DNA from: an uncultured virus (IMG/VR IMGVR_UViG_3300013114_000208)
Lineage: Duplodnaviria; Heunggongvirae; Uroviricota; Caudoviricetes
Virus record (IMG/VR): IMGVR_UViG_3300013114_000208
Coordinates: 1-64,000 of that record
Length of the DNA: 64,000 bases
Strand: one strand, 5' to 3'
Shown here: positions 17,348-27,699 of the stretch, piece by piece
Position numbering within the stretch: the first letter of the stretch is position 1
Layout of the letters: every line of letters begins with the position of its first letter
Position numbers and translations under genes: made by a program
Notes under the pieces: model-generated
The model's database searches: none
The model's input: only the letters and a program-made list of their open reading frames with translations
What the model was told of the DNA's origin: nothing

Positions 17348-18333
17348 AAATACTAATTGCTGGTGGCGCAGGGTTTATAGGGCATAATTTATCCGTTGCA
17401 CTAGAAACACTTGGCCACTCTATCCTTATTGTAGATATACAGACTGATTACGGCGTAATCCCTCCTAGAGAGTTTTGGATAACGACCTCTAATCGCCAAA
17501 AGTTTATGAGTCAAACTAAACTACGGGCACCTGTACACGAAAATATTAAAAACACTAAAGGTATTGCTAGGGTAATAGAGAAATACGAACCAGACATTAT
17601 AGTTAACCTAGCGGCATTCTCTCGCGTAAAATTAGTACAATATGACCCCGTAATGGCTTGCGACTCCCTTGTTAAAGGCGTATACAATTTATTATATGGT
17701 AGTCAAGGTATCATTAAACGATTTATCCACGTTAGTAGCAGTATGGTATATGGTGATTGGCCATCAGGCGGACATTTTTATGGCATGAGAGAAGATTGGA
17801 ATCAAATGCAACCCAAAAGCGATTATGGTATATTAAAACTAGCGAGTGAAGGCATTGTTAAACGATACTGTAACGAACACAATGTAGAATATACTATTGT
17901 ACGTCCGAGTGCTGTATATGGACCACGTGATATAATAGACAGAGTTGTTCCGAAATTTTTATTGCAGGCCGCAAACAATGAAACTATATATGTTAATGGA
18001 GACTCAAGTATAGACTTTACACACATGGATGACTTTATAAAAGGTATGGTGCAATGTGTATTAAACGATAGGGCCGCTGATGAAACATTCAACATTACAA
18101 GAGAAAGAAGCCGCACTCTAGTTGAAGCGGCAACAGTAGCAATTGAAGTAACTAACAGCAATAGTCAAATAAAAATAGCAGAGCATAACGAAGCGTTTGG
18201 TAAACGTGGCACATGTAGTAATACTAAAGCAAGAAACTTACTCGGATATGATCCCATAATAGACATTGAAGAAGGGTTTGTTGATACTTGGGAATGGTTA
18301 AGAGATAAAGATGATTCCTTTTACAGATCTTAA
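17344..18333 (+). CDS. NAD-dependent nucleotide-sugar epimerase/dehydratase (extended SDR)
   Basis: GGAGFIG, SSSMVYG, YGILK (YxxxK), RPSAVYGP. Confidence 0.92.
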   Translation: MKILIAGGAGFIGHNLSVALETLGHSILIVDIQTDYGVIPPREFWITTSNRQKFMSQTKLRAPVHENIKNTKGIARVIEKYEPDIIVNLAAFSRVKLVQYDPVMACDSLVKGVYNLLYGSQGIIKRFIHVSSSMVYGDWPSGGHFYGMREDWNQMQPKSDYGILKLASEGIVKRYCNEHNVEYTIVRPSAVYGPRDIIDRVVPKFLLQAANNETIYVNGDSSIDFTHMDDFIKGMVQCVLNDRAADETFNITRERSRTLVEAATVAIEVTNSNSQIKIAEHNEAFGKRGTCSNTKARNLLGYDPIIDIEEGFVDTWEWLRDKDDSFYRS

Positions 18334-19444
18334 AAGTCAATATATTGAAGCAAAAGAAGATATAGACGCCGCTATACAATATTGTATAGACGGCAGTCAT
18401 TTTATTACTGGTCCAGTAACAGATAATTTTGAAAACGTTATGGCAGAATACACAGGTGCTGAAGCATGTGCTTCAACAGGTAGTGGATCAACTGCTTTAT
18501 TGTGTGCATTGTTATCACTTCAATTGGACTGGACCGGACAAGAAATAATTACTACACCACATACTTTTGTAAGCACGGCTGAAGCAATTTTACAAGTAGG
18601 TGCTACTCCTGTATTTGTGGATATAGACCATAATTATTTAATTGATGTAAACAAAGTAGAAGAAGCAATAAACACTAAGACTCGAGCAATATTGTTTGTA
18701 GACACTTATGGGCAAACACCAGATATTGATAAACTAAAAGAGATAGTAGATAACCATTCTAGTGACGATTATCATGGCTTGCGGTTAATTGAAGATGCCG
18801 CACAAAGTTTTGGTGCAAAATATAAAGGACAACGTGTTGGTAATTTAGTAGACTTAACTTGTTTTAGTTTTAATCCTGTTAAAAATTTAGGTGCGATGGG
18901 TGACGCTGGTGCTATTACTGGCAAGAAAGGACTAATTGACAAGGCACGAATGTATAGAGATCATGGCAGGAATGATAAGTGGTTATATCACACAATGGGT
19001 TATAATGCTAGAATAGATAACATACAAGCAAAAATTGTAGAGGCAAAATTACCTTATTTGGCCAATTGGCTTGAACGTAAACGTGAAATATGCACAAAAT
19101 ATAATGAAATGCTTGATCAAGATAAGTTTGTAACACCACAAGCACTTCCTGATAATACACATACCTGGTATGTTTACGTTATAATGATGCGGGAAATTCC
19201 TGGATACTTTGGTACATTACTTGAGCAATACAGGGATGATTTTATAAGCTATATGAACAATAACGGCATACAATGTAATGTACATTATCGTGTTCCAATG
19301 ACAAAACAACCTGCTTATGAAAATTATCCGGGTAATTGTCCAAATGCAGAAAGAGTTGCTCATAGCATAGTAAGTCTACCTTGCTATCATAGTTTAACAG
19401 ACGAACAACAAGATTATATTATAGAAACAGCAAATGGCTTTTGA
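18311..19444 (+). CDS. DegT/DnrJ/EryC1/StrS PLP-dependent sugar aminotransferase
   Basis: MIPF.DL..QY, GATPVFVDID, IEDAAQ, FSFNPVKNLGAMGDAG, GYNARID. Confidence 0.93.
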   Translation: MIPFTDLKSQYIEAKEDIDAAIQYCIDGSHFITGPVTDNFENVMAEYTGAEACASTGSGSTALLCALLSLQLDWTGQEIITTPHTFVSTAEAILQVGATPVFVDIDHNYLIDVNKVEEAINTKTRAILFVDTYGQTPDIDKLKEIVDNHSSDDYHGLRLIEDAAQSFGAKYKGQRVGNLVDLTCFSFNPVKNLGAMGDAGAITGKKGLIDKARMYRDHGRNDKWLYHTMGYNARIDNIQAKIVEAKLPYLANWLERKREICTKYNEMLDQDKFVTPQALPDNTHTWYVYVIMMREIPGYFGTLLEQYRDDFISYMNNNGIQCNVHYRVPMTKQPAYENYPGNCPNAERVAHSIVSLPCYHSLTDEQQDYIIETANGF

Positions 19445-20345
19445 TATTAATAAAATTTGGTTAGTTGGCGCAGGCTACTGGGGTACAAAGGTGGCCCATG
19501 CTATTGAAAGGCAGGGCATAGTACCACAAATTATAGACATTAAAAACGGACAAACTATTGATGAAATAGACACGTTAGACCCTGTTATACTTGCTACACC
19601 ATTATGGGATCATTATACATCAGCAAGAAAACTAATACTAAACGGCCATGATGTTTACGTTGAAAAACCGTTAGCAGAAACATTAGAGCAATGTAAAGAG
19701 TTACGCGACATATTACAAGATGATCAAGTTTTAATGGTAGGACATATATTTTTATATCATCCCCATTGTATAACACTAAAACAACTAATAACAGACGGCG
19801 TATTAGGTGAGATAAGACATATTAAAACAGAGCGTCTTAATTGGGGCATATATCAAACTAAAACAACACCATTATTAAGTTTAGCACCACATGACATTAG
19901 TATTATACAGTACCTTATGGATAATTCCATAGTTGTAAAGGACGTTAACGTTTATAATTTAAGTAATAACTATGCTACAACTTATGACAGAATACATTTT
20001 ACTGGGCATTGTTACGGTGTTTCTGTAGAAGTAGATGTTGGTTGGTATAGTCCTATGCGTAAACGAATAGTTACAGTAATAGGCACCAAAGGCTGTGCTA
20101 TATGGGATACTGACGAGGAAACTTTAACTATTACTAATCATAGTAAGTTAGAAAACAATAGGTTGAATAAAGATATACAAACTGAAGTTATTCCTTATAC
20201 AGGAAGAACGCCTTTAGAAAACGAATTAGGACACTTTATAGATTGCGTGGAAACACGCGAAACACCAAAATCAGATGTTACTAATGCTATACAGGTCGCG
20301 AATACCATAGATCAAATTGCTTCCTTAACCACTTCCAGTCAGTAA
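19434..20345 (+). CDS. Gfo/Idh/MocA NAD-dependent (sugar) oxidoreductase
   Basis: VGAGYWG, ATP..H, VEKPLA, MVGH, LAPHD. Confidence 0.9.
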   Translation: MAFDINKIWLVGAGYWGTKVAHAIERQGIVPQIIDIKNGQTIDEIDTLDPVILATPLWDHYTSARKLILNGHDVYVEKPLAETLEQCKELRDILQDDQVLMVGHIFLYHPHCITLKQLITDGVLGEIRHIKTERLNWGIYQTKTTPLLSLAPHDISIIQYLMDNSIVVKDVNVYNLSNNYATTYDRIHFTGHCYGVSVEVDVGWYSPMRKRIVTVIGTKGCAIWDTDEETLTITNHSKLENNRLNKDIQTEVIPYTGRTPLENELGHFIDCVETRETPKSDVTNAIQVANTIDQIASLTTSSQ

Positions 20346-23300
20346 TATTAAAATCATCTTGTATTTTGCTGTAATGTTCTACACCACATAAAGCACCTTG
20401 CTTACTATACTCTCCAAACTCTGTATTGTCTTTTGTAGTCCATAACTTTAATCTATACTTGTCCTCTACAGTATTACTGGCACATAACTTATATGCTTCT
20501 CTAAACGCTGTGCGCCACGCACTATATTCACTGTCAAATACGTTTATACAACTTACCTCAGGTATTACTTCTATTTCGTGTGTAGTTGTAAAATCTATAT
20601 CTAATTCTGCCTCTGTAACATCCTTAAGCCACTCTGCATCGTACATAACAATACTACCGTGTCCATAACTATAGTCTAACACAGGATTATACGCATAAAA
20701 GACATAGTTTTTAGGATTAGATAACCAATCGGGTTGGTAGTTGAATTTAAAGTTTTCATGCAATACTGTTTTAGCAAATACAGCATAAAAGTATGGAGTT
20801 TCACATATACGTGCCGCTTCTTGCATAGCATTAAGCATACCCTCTACGCCATCAACTCGTTTAGCATATGGAAAGGATTTTAATAACACTTCATAGTTTT
20901 CCTGGGCATTCTTTTCATCATATGAAATAAACACTATATCTTGTGGTTTATCGGGCATATAAATGCCTTCGTGGCGCAAGATATAGGGATAGTCATAAAC
21001 TTGCCTTGAAATTTGCTCTTTACAGTCTTTCGGTACTACGGACACAGATCCACTCTGTGAAAGTACGTGTAAAGAGCGATCTTCTGAGCGCCAAACACTT
21101 GGGTCGTAATTTGTTTTATATTCGGCCATTGATCTATGTTTAAAAGCAACATAAGGTGACTCAAATGTGTGTTCTTTTATAGCAGTAACTAAATCTGTGT
21201 CATATATTACTTCAGGCCACTCTGTTCTTGTTACTATTTGCTCATTACAATAGTTTACTTTGTCATACCAGTCCAATAACTTAATATCTTTTAACTGTTC
21301 CTCTGCATGTGCCTTATTAACATAGAAAGTATCACCAAACTTCTGTTCTCCGCTTTGGAATGTGTGTAACATTGTGTCCTGCCACGGCTCCGGTTGCCAA
21401 CTAAAGTCAAATTGGCTATAATCGCATATGCTACTAGTGACCCAAAAATAATCTGTATCGGCTTTGGCCATTATTCTCTTAAATGTATCCAAATAGTTGT
21501 CAAAAAAGCGTATACGTTTAACTCTTGGGTGCTTACTGTATACAGTTTCATATGCTTCTTCAGCATTACTGTTACCAAAGTCCAAAAATATAATATTGTT
21601 TAAATCATCCAGTGTAGTTACTAGTTGATCCTCTACGAAGTTTAAATTATACACATCCTCTATTTTATCTGCCCAATCAAACGTACGAATAAAGTCATCA
21701 GCATTTACAAGGAACGTATTACTCCATTTATTCCATTTTGAACCAAACACATGGAGCATACCATTTTGCCATGGCTCACAATGCCAGTCAAAATTAAAAT
21801 CACCATAACTATTCTCACTTGACACCGCCCAAAAACGCTTTGTCTTGCATTTTTTAGCACAACGCAGTAAAGTATCGCGAGTATTACCAAAGTAGCGTGT
21901 CTTGAGCGTCTGAGAGTGTCTCAGAGCCAGTGAATTGAAGCGTTCCTTACTTCCTTCACCACCTCTGTCCATATAAAATATATCTAGAGTACTATTCGCT
22001 ACTACCTTTTGATCACCCACAAAATTTAAGTGGGTATTACCTTTCAAATAAGCAGGAGCATTAACATAGTATGTTTGACTATGCTTTTGCCACTGAGAAC
22101 CAAACACATGGACATAATCCATTTGACTTAAATCAGGATGCCAACTAAAATCAAACTTGTCATAATCCATCTCTGCATTTAACGCCCAAAAGCGTTCTTC
22201 AGGATGTGATTCTATTAAATCTTCTAGTGTTGTTTCTATTGTGTAACGTGGCAACGCATTACTTTTCATTGTAACACGTTGGTCACTTACGTAATTTACT
22301 TTAGGGTTAGGATCACTTCCGCTATAGTAATATATAGGACTTGTTCTTTGCCATTGTGTACCAAATATGTGTTTATAGTCTTTTTGTGCCTCTTCTGGAT
22401 GCCAACTAAAATCAAATGAACTATAGTCTGTGCCTGTTGGTGTTATATGCCAGTGACGCATTCTACCCGGTACTGCTTTTGCATATTGTTCAGTACAGTA
22501 AGATATTTCAGTAGCACCTTCTACTTTATATATTGGGCCGCCATCCTTTTGCCATTGTGTGCCAAAAACATATATGTATGGAGGATCATCTGGGTCAGGC
22601 ATCCAACTAAAATCAAAACTATCCTCATCTATATTGTCAGGAATTATCCAATCTTTTTTATTAGGTAGTGGACGTATTACTTGATCACTTACATATTTTT
22701 TTGGTGCGTCTGGCATTATACGATACGTTACGCTACTATTACGTTGCCATAATGAAGGAAAAACGTATGTCCATGATCCATGTGCTGGATCAGGATGCCA
22801 ACTAAAGTCAAACGCATCAGTATCTACATCATCTGGTATTGTCCAATATCTTAAATCACTAATGCGTTTTGTTATTTGATCGGATACGTACTTAGGAAAA
22901 GCGAGCCGGTCAACCATATATTGTGTGCCGCCATCACGTTGCCACTGTGATGGGAATATATAATTATACACGCCTTGCGATAAATCTGGATGCCAACTAA
23001 AGTCGAAATTAGTATAGTCAGTATATTTGTTCAGCCTCCAATTATCCTTATTTGGTATTCTTACTGTTACTTGATCAGATACGTATTTAATAGGAGCGTC
23101 AGGCTCTATTACATACCTAGTACCTCCATCACGTTGCCACTGTGATGGGAAGACATAAGTATATACCCCTGTAAATGTATCTGGATGCCAGCTAAAATCA
23201 AAATGGATATAATCAGTATCAGGATCAAGTACCCATTTATCTTTAATGGGAACTCTACTAACTTGCTTTTCTTTATTAAATTTAACATCGCCATTAGGAT

Positions 23301-23508
23301 AGTCTTTGTTTACTAACCTAATACCTCCGTCACGTTGCCATTTACTAGGGAATACGTGAGTAAATCTAGATTCCCATGGAACAGGAGTCCAATTAAAATC
23401 AAAATCACTACAATCAACCCCATTATCAATGTACCAATAATGTCTCGTTTTACATCTTTCGGACGCCTGTTGAATATCATAATCTTTCCTATATATTTTG
23501 TCGTACAT
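20287..23508 (-). CDS. Large tandem-repeat protein ending in a degenerate GT-A-like domain
   Basis: About 9-11 FDFSWxP…VF.SQWQ…YVSDQ repeats; C-terminal DIVFISYDE…DGVEG…YGHG…AWR.AFRE domain homologous to 44074-45000. Confidence 0.8.
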   Translation of the reverse strand: MYDKIYRKDYDIQQASERCKTRHYWYIDNGVDCSDFDFNWTPVPWESRFTHVFPSKWQRDGGIRLVNKDYPNGDVKFNKEKQVSRVPIKDKWVLDPDTDYIHFDFSWHPDTFTGVYTYVFPSQWQRDGGTRYVIEPDAPIKYVSDQVTVRIPNKDNWRLNKYTDYTNFDFSWHPDLSQGVYNYIFPSQWQRDGGTQYMVDRLAFPKYVSDQITKRISDLRYWTIPDDVDTDAFDFSWHPDPAHGSWTYVFPSLWQRNSSVTYRIMPDAPKKYVSDQVIRPLPNKKDWIIPDNIDEDSFDFSWMPDPDDPPYIYVFGTQWQKDGGPIYKVEGATEISYCTEQYAKAVPGRMRHWHITPTGTDYSSFDFSWHPEEAQKDYKHIFGTQWQRTSPIYYYSGSDPNPKVNYVSDQRVTMKSNALPRYTIETTLEDLIESHPEERFWALNAEMDYDKFDFSWHPDLSQMDYVHVFGSQWQKHSQTYYVNAPAYLKGNTHLNFVGDQKVVANSTLDIFYMDRGGEGSKERFNSLALRHSQTLKTRYFGNTRDTLLRCAKKCKTKRFWAVSSENSYGDFNFDWHCEPWQNGMLHVFGSKWNKWSNTFLVNADDFIRTFDWADKIEDVYNLNFVEDQLVTTLDDLNNIIFLDFGNSNAEEAYETVYSKHPRVKRIRFFDNYLDTFKRIMAKADTDYFWVTSSICDYSQFDFSWQPEPWQDTMLHTFQSGEQKFGDTFYVNKAHAEEQLKDIKLLDWYDKVNYCNEQIVTRTEWPEVIYDTDLVTAIKEHTFESPYVAFKHRSMAEYKTNYDPSVWRSEDRSLHVLSQSGSVSVVPKDCKEQISRQVYDYPYILRHEGIYMPDKPQDIVFISYDEKNAQENYEVLLKSFPYAKRVDGVEGMLNAMQEAARICETPYFYAVFAKTVLHENFKFNYQPDWLSNPKNYVFYAYNPVLDYSYGHGSIVMYDAEWLKDVTEAELDIDFTTTHEIEVIPEVSCINVFDSEYSAWRTAFREAYKLCASNTVEDKYRLKLWTTKDNTEFGEYSKQGALCGVEHYSKIQDDFNITDWKWLRKQFDLWYSRPV

Positions 23509-23514
23509 AACTAA

Positions 23515-24696
23515 TTAATTATCTAATGTCCATTTAAGACCTAGCATCGGATGTCTTTCACTGTGGTATGTCCCATCATTTTCATTGTATCCTAGCGGTA
23601 AATAATTCTTGTTTGGGTGTTTGGAATATAATCTCTCATATGTAAATTGGTTTTCTGTATCAATATTAGAAGCAAATATTAAATAATCTCTCCATGAATG
23701 CTGAAGAAGTTGTTCTTTAATTTTATTCCACTCGGAATATAATTCATCTTCAGGTTGATGGATTCTTTGTTTTAAATAAGTTTCGTAATTCCATGTACCC
23801 CAATCATTTATACCTTCATAGTGTCCTATAGCACCATAATGCTCACATAAATCTGCAAAATTAATTACATCATATAAATTGGCTTTTTGGAGGACAAAAT
23901 TAAAAGATAATTGAAAATTATTTTCCCTTAAAAAATCTAAATTTGATCTTAATTTATTCCAGTTAGCCGGAGGTCTTACAACATCATATACTGATTTGCT
24001 CCCAGCATCAATACTGATTGTAAATTCTGAAAGTTTTTGCATAATTGGACTATCTTTAACTCGGTTATCTATAAGAGTTCCATTAGTTTTAATTTTAAAT
24101 CGATGTTTATCATTTGGCTCATAATTATACAAAACATCAGACAAAATTTTAGAACTAAAAATCTCTCCACTACCACCCAAAGCACACGAAACAGGTAGAT
24201 CAAAGTCTTTCATTAACGATGTAATTCTATCAGTATATAATTTTCTTTTTTCGTATATTGGACCTTTATTAAAATGAATCAGATCAGTACGACAACTAGG
24301 GCATCGCAAATTACAACTATCATCTGTACAAATTGCAATTTGATATGGTAACGCTCTTGCTTGTTGATACGATTTTGACCACGGATTACAAATTGAAGTA
24401 TCACAAAATTTAAATGTTGTGCCGGTTTTAGTATTGTTTTGGAGTTTTCTAGCAATATTATTAGTCCAAATGTCGGTAAGATCATCGAATTCTAAAATAT
24501 TTCCAACAGAATAAGGTAACCATGCTTCACATGTACATATATAACATTCTCCTAGTTGATCAATTGTTAGACTACGATGTGGATACCAACATGTATAATC
24601 TTTTTCTAATAAAGGACCTTTACGTTCTCTATATTTTCTTCTTACTTGGAATTTAGTTGCCGTAGTATTTGAGAGAATTTTACGATTTATTAACAT
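23515..24696 (-). CDS. Radical SAM protein with N-terminal Twitch/SPASM-like Cys cluster (#8)
   Basis: CNLRCPSC; GSGE; TNGT; SIDAG; N-terminal C..P…CYICTC…FC…C. Confidence 0.88.
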   Translation of the reverse strand: MLINRKILSNTTATKFQVRRKYRERKGPLLEKDYTCWYPHRSLTIDQLGECYICTCEAWLPYSVGNILEFDDLTDIWTNNIARKLQNNTKTGTTFKFCDTSICNPWSKSYQQARALPYQIAICTDDSCNLRCPSCRTDLIHFNKGPIYEKRKLYTDRITSLMKDFDLPVSCALGGSGEIFSSKILSDVLYNYEPNDKHRFKIKTNGTLIDNRVKDSPIMQKLSEFTISIDAGSKSVYDVVRPPANWNKLRSNLDFLRENNFQLSFNFVLQKANLYDVINFADLCEHYGAIGHYEGINDWGTWNYETYLKQRIHQPEDELYSEWNKIKEQLLQHSWRDYLIFASNIDTENQFTYERLYSKHPNKNYLPLGYNENDGTYHSERHPMLGLKWTLDN

Positions 24697-25372
24697 TTGC
24701 TAATTCTGGATAGTAGACAGTTTGTTGTAAGTTATAAGCACGCCAATGTGTTAAACAATATTCACAAATATCGCTATTTGCTAACATTATTAAAATATCG
24801 TCGTAATTTAATATATAATCTTTATAGTACTGTGGATCACGTTGCGTGTATATACTATTTAATTTATTCTGTATTATGGTATCATACAATACGAATTGAA
24901 ATGGATATGACATAGTTAATGTAATCATAGTGTCTGTGAATTTTTTTAAATATTCACATGCTTGTCCTACTACTTGATAAGGTATAGCCTGGGCAGATAA
25001 ATCTTTTAATGGTCGATCTTTTGTACCAACACCATACCCATCTTTATCAGCATTAAACATACTATAGGTATTAGATATTATCTGGTCTTCTGGATTACGT
25101 ACAAGTATAATTAACTGTTTGCCTTTTGTTAAAAATAACTTTTTAGCATGAGCTGCTTCATGCCTAAACTCACACTTCTCACCAATTGAATGAAAATAAC
25201 TCTGTAAGTAATGATTACCAGCACGTTTAGCACCATAGATAACTATAGTATCTTCTGATTCACGTTCAGGAACCTTCCCTGCAGGGAATGGTGTTCTGTC
25301 TTTACTTTTCTTACTATTTGCTAGTTTTTCAAAATCATGTTTACTAACATCACTCTTTCCGTTTTTAGCCAT
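24680..25372 (-). CDS. Sulfotransferase-like P-loop protein
   Basis: IYGAKRAGNHYL and ILVRNPEDQIIS resemble the two PAPS-binding motifs. Confidence 0.55.
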   Translation of the reverse strand: MAKNGKSDVSKHDFEKLANSKKSKDRTPFPAGKVPERESEDTIVIYGAKRAGNHYLQSYFHSIGEKCEFRHEAAHAKKLFLTKGKQLIILVRNPEDQIISNTYSMFNADKDGYGVGTKDRPLKDLSAQAIPYQVVGQACEYLKKFTDTMITLTMSYPFQFVLYDTIIQNKLNSIYTQRDPQYYKDYILNYDDILIMLANSDICEYCLTHWRAYNLQQTVYYPELANVNKS

Positions 25373-26054
25373 TAAAATAATCTCCCAGTTTTATTTCTTT
25401 AGGATTAAAATTATCATTTTTAATTATATCAATAATTAAATTAGCCATCTTAATATTATTTTCTTCACTCAAATGACATATTCTATCATCTTCTATTTTT
25501 ACATCACTGTATTTTTTCTTAGAAAAACCTTTATTTTTATATTCATTGAAGCTAATTTCTCCTAAGCTAATATCAGCAATTGGTCCACTTTGTGGTATAT
25601 ATTCTTGCATACTATTTTCAAAACAAGGAAACCAAATACATTTTTTTTGTTTTTGAACCATTAATTCATCTATTTGCATTAATATACCTTTTTGTGCCAT
25701 GTTATGATATTCTTCATAAAAAATATGTTTATAATATTTAAGAGCGGATTGTTCGATTGTAGAAGGTGGGCCGCGGTCCCCGGAGCATCCAATCCAGGGC
25801 CTTGGATTGTAAAACATTGGCAATGCTTCTCTATTTGGTAACCTAGCAGGATCTGTAATACAAAATATTACATAATCTGCTTTATCTACCACTGGTAAAA
25901 GCTTTTCATACGAATGAATTAAAGCACAGCCGGCCATACCGTCACATACAATGTTAGCATCATAATGGTGCCATAATAAATTTGGCCATCCCAGATATGG
26001 TTGTTCGTCATATATTTTACAAAAACTATCACCACAAAATGCAATGGAGGTCAT
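25365..26054 (-). CDS. SGNH-like (GDSF…H) hydrolase/acyltransferase
   Basis: FCGDSFC at the N-terminus; DDRICHLSEENN at the C-terminus. Confidence 0.65.
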   Translation of the reverse strand: MTSIAFCGDSFCKIYDEQPYLGWPNLLWHHYDANIVCDGMAGCALIHSYEKLLPVVDKADYVIFCITDPARLPNREALPMFYNPRPWIGCSGDRGPPSTIEQSALKYYKHIFYEEYHNMAQKGILMQIDELMVQKQKKCIWFPCFENSMQEYIPQSGPIADISLGEISFNEYKNKGFSKKKYSDVKIEDDRICHLSEENNIKMANLIIDIIKNDNFNPKEIKLGDYFNG

Positions 26055-26100
26055 GGCCGAGTCACACCCAAATAAACTACCTGGTGTGGCGAAATTTTTA
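26055..26100. repeat. 45-bp element, copy A (inverted relative to 40317-40363)
   Basis: GGCCGAGTCACACCCA-aataaact-ACCTGGTgTGGCGAAATTTTT; fills the whole intergenic gap. Confidence 0.9.
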
Positions 26101-27699
26101 TGTGCATACTTTTACACCGTATAGTTCAGTAAAACGCTTGGCGTCTTCAATGTCATTTACCATTGGCTCGCCTCTAATGTTTAAACTAGTATTTAACAAC
26201 ATTGGACAACCTGTATAATATTCCCACATCTTAAGCAATTTACGTACATTAGGATTATCATTTGGCCCTACCGTCTGCACTCTGCTTGTGCCATCCTTAT
26301 GTACAATCGCCGGAAACTTATCTGGCTGTCTACACCGTCCTACATACTGCATAAACGGACTTGGAATGTGTGTCATTGTAAAATGATGCGGTTGACCTGA
26401 CTTATGTACGGAAAAAGAAGGGCGTGTAGAAGGATGTGCTGGTGTAGTTACTAGTGGCATTTCAAAGTACTCTTCTGATCTCTCTTCGAGTATCATTGGA
26501 GCAAACGGCCTAAACTTTTGCCGACGCTTTATCTCATTTACTTTATCTTTAATGTCTGGCCCGCGTGGATCAGCAAACAATGTCCTATTGCCTAGTGCCC
26601 TTGGACCAAACTCCGCTCTACCGTTGGCAACGCCCACAATTTGACGTGAGGACATTAATTCTTTTATAATTTCTCCATCTGGGTATTCACCTTTTATATC
26701 ATACCCCAGGAACGGCCCTCGCCAGTTTAGTTTCTTACCATATGTTAGGGCGGCCGCGCCTAAACTACTGCCAGCATCACCAGGATTGGGCATAATCCAA
26801 ACATCCTCCCAAATGCGGGAAATATTAGTATTACAAACGCAATTTAACGCAACACCTCCCATGTAAACTAAATTAGGAGACTTGCCAATACGCCGTGCAA
26901 AATTCATTATGTATGTTACAACTTGTTCTAGTGCAACTTGAGCAGAAGCGGCTATATCGTATTGGTCTTGTTCTACCATATCGTCATCTTGTGACGTCCA
27001 TGGCGGGCCACTGTGCCAATCAGTGCCTAAATGTAAGTTTTCTCTTGCACGAAGTATTTTCGGACCGCCAATTTTCCAAAACTTATCTAGTATTTCTCTA
27101 TTATAAATTGGCTCTCCATATGCTGCCATACCCATTAAAATATACTCTTCATCTAACGGCCGCAAGCCAACTTTTTGCGTCATCGCACTGTAAAACAGTC
27201 CTACACTATTAGGATACTTTGCTCCCCAAATTCTTTCATAGCAGGCTTGGCCATTACCATCATAATATGCATTCCATAACGTAATACAATCCCATTCTCC
27301 AATAGCATCTATTACTACTACAGTGGCATCATTAAAAGGACTTGTTTGGAAGCCTGCGGCGGCGTGGCTGTGGTGATGATTATGATAATTAAAACTAGTT
27401 TTGTTCCATCTAAACCCTGTGTTGTATGCTATTTTCTTTTTAATGCTAAACTCTGTAAACAAGTCTTTCCATTGCCCGGAATACAACTGTCTAGTTTTCT
27501 TAAGCCACGGATTTTCATAGTATGAGACAAAATCGGGGTAACCATAATCTAATGCGTTGTTAAGTAACTTGCTGTTTAATTCTTTATCGTGTTTTACTTT
27601 GCTATAACGTTCTGCGTGTCCAGCGAACAATATTTCACCGTCATCTATTAAACTAATTGCCGCATCATGGAAACCGCAACTTACTCCTAATATTTTCAT
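26098..27699 (-). CDS. Carbamoyltransferase (NodU/CmcH/TobZ family)
   Basis: HDAA, ERYS..KHD, HHHSHAA, DAIGE, GGVALNC, PGDAGSSLGAA, EFGPRALGNR, RPFAP, HKDGTSRVQTV, NTSLN. Confidence 0.95.
   Translation of the reverse strand: MKILGVSCGFHDAAISLIDDGEILFAGHAERYSKVKHDKELNSKLLNNALDYGYPDFVSYYENPWLKKTRQLYSGQWKDLFTEFSIKKKIAYNTGFRWNKTSFNYHNHHHSHAAAGFQTSPFNDATVVVIDAIGEWDCITLWNAYYDGNGQACYERIWGAKYPNSVGLFYSAMTQKVGLRPLDEEYILMGMAAYGEPIYNREILDKFWKIGGPKILRARENLHLGTDWHSGPPWTSQDDDMVEQDQYDIAASAQVALEQVVTYIMNFARRIGKSPNLVYMGGVALNCVCNTNISRIWEDVWIMPNPGDAGSSLGAAALTYGKKLNWRGPFLGYDIKGEYPDGEIIKELMSSRQIVGVANGRAEFGPRALGNRTLFADPRGPDIKDKVNEIKRRQKFRPFAPMILEERSEEYFEMPLVTTPAHPSTRPSFSVHKSGQPHHFTMTHIPSPFMQYVGRCRQPDKFPAIVHKDGTSRVQTVGPNDNPNVRKLLKMWEYYTGCPMLLNTSLNIRGEPMVNDIEDAKRFTELYGVKVCT

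Noticed and set aside
22000..23420. DNA repeats (GGATGCCAACTAAAATCAAA-like) as CRISPR or DGR template/variable repeats
   Set aside because: They are in-frame codons for the FDFSWHP protein repeat, and no reverse transcriptase or cas gene is present
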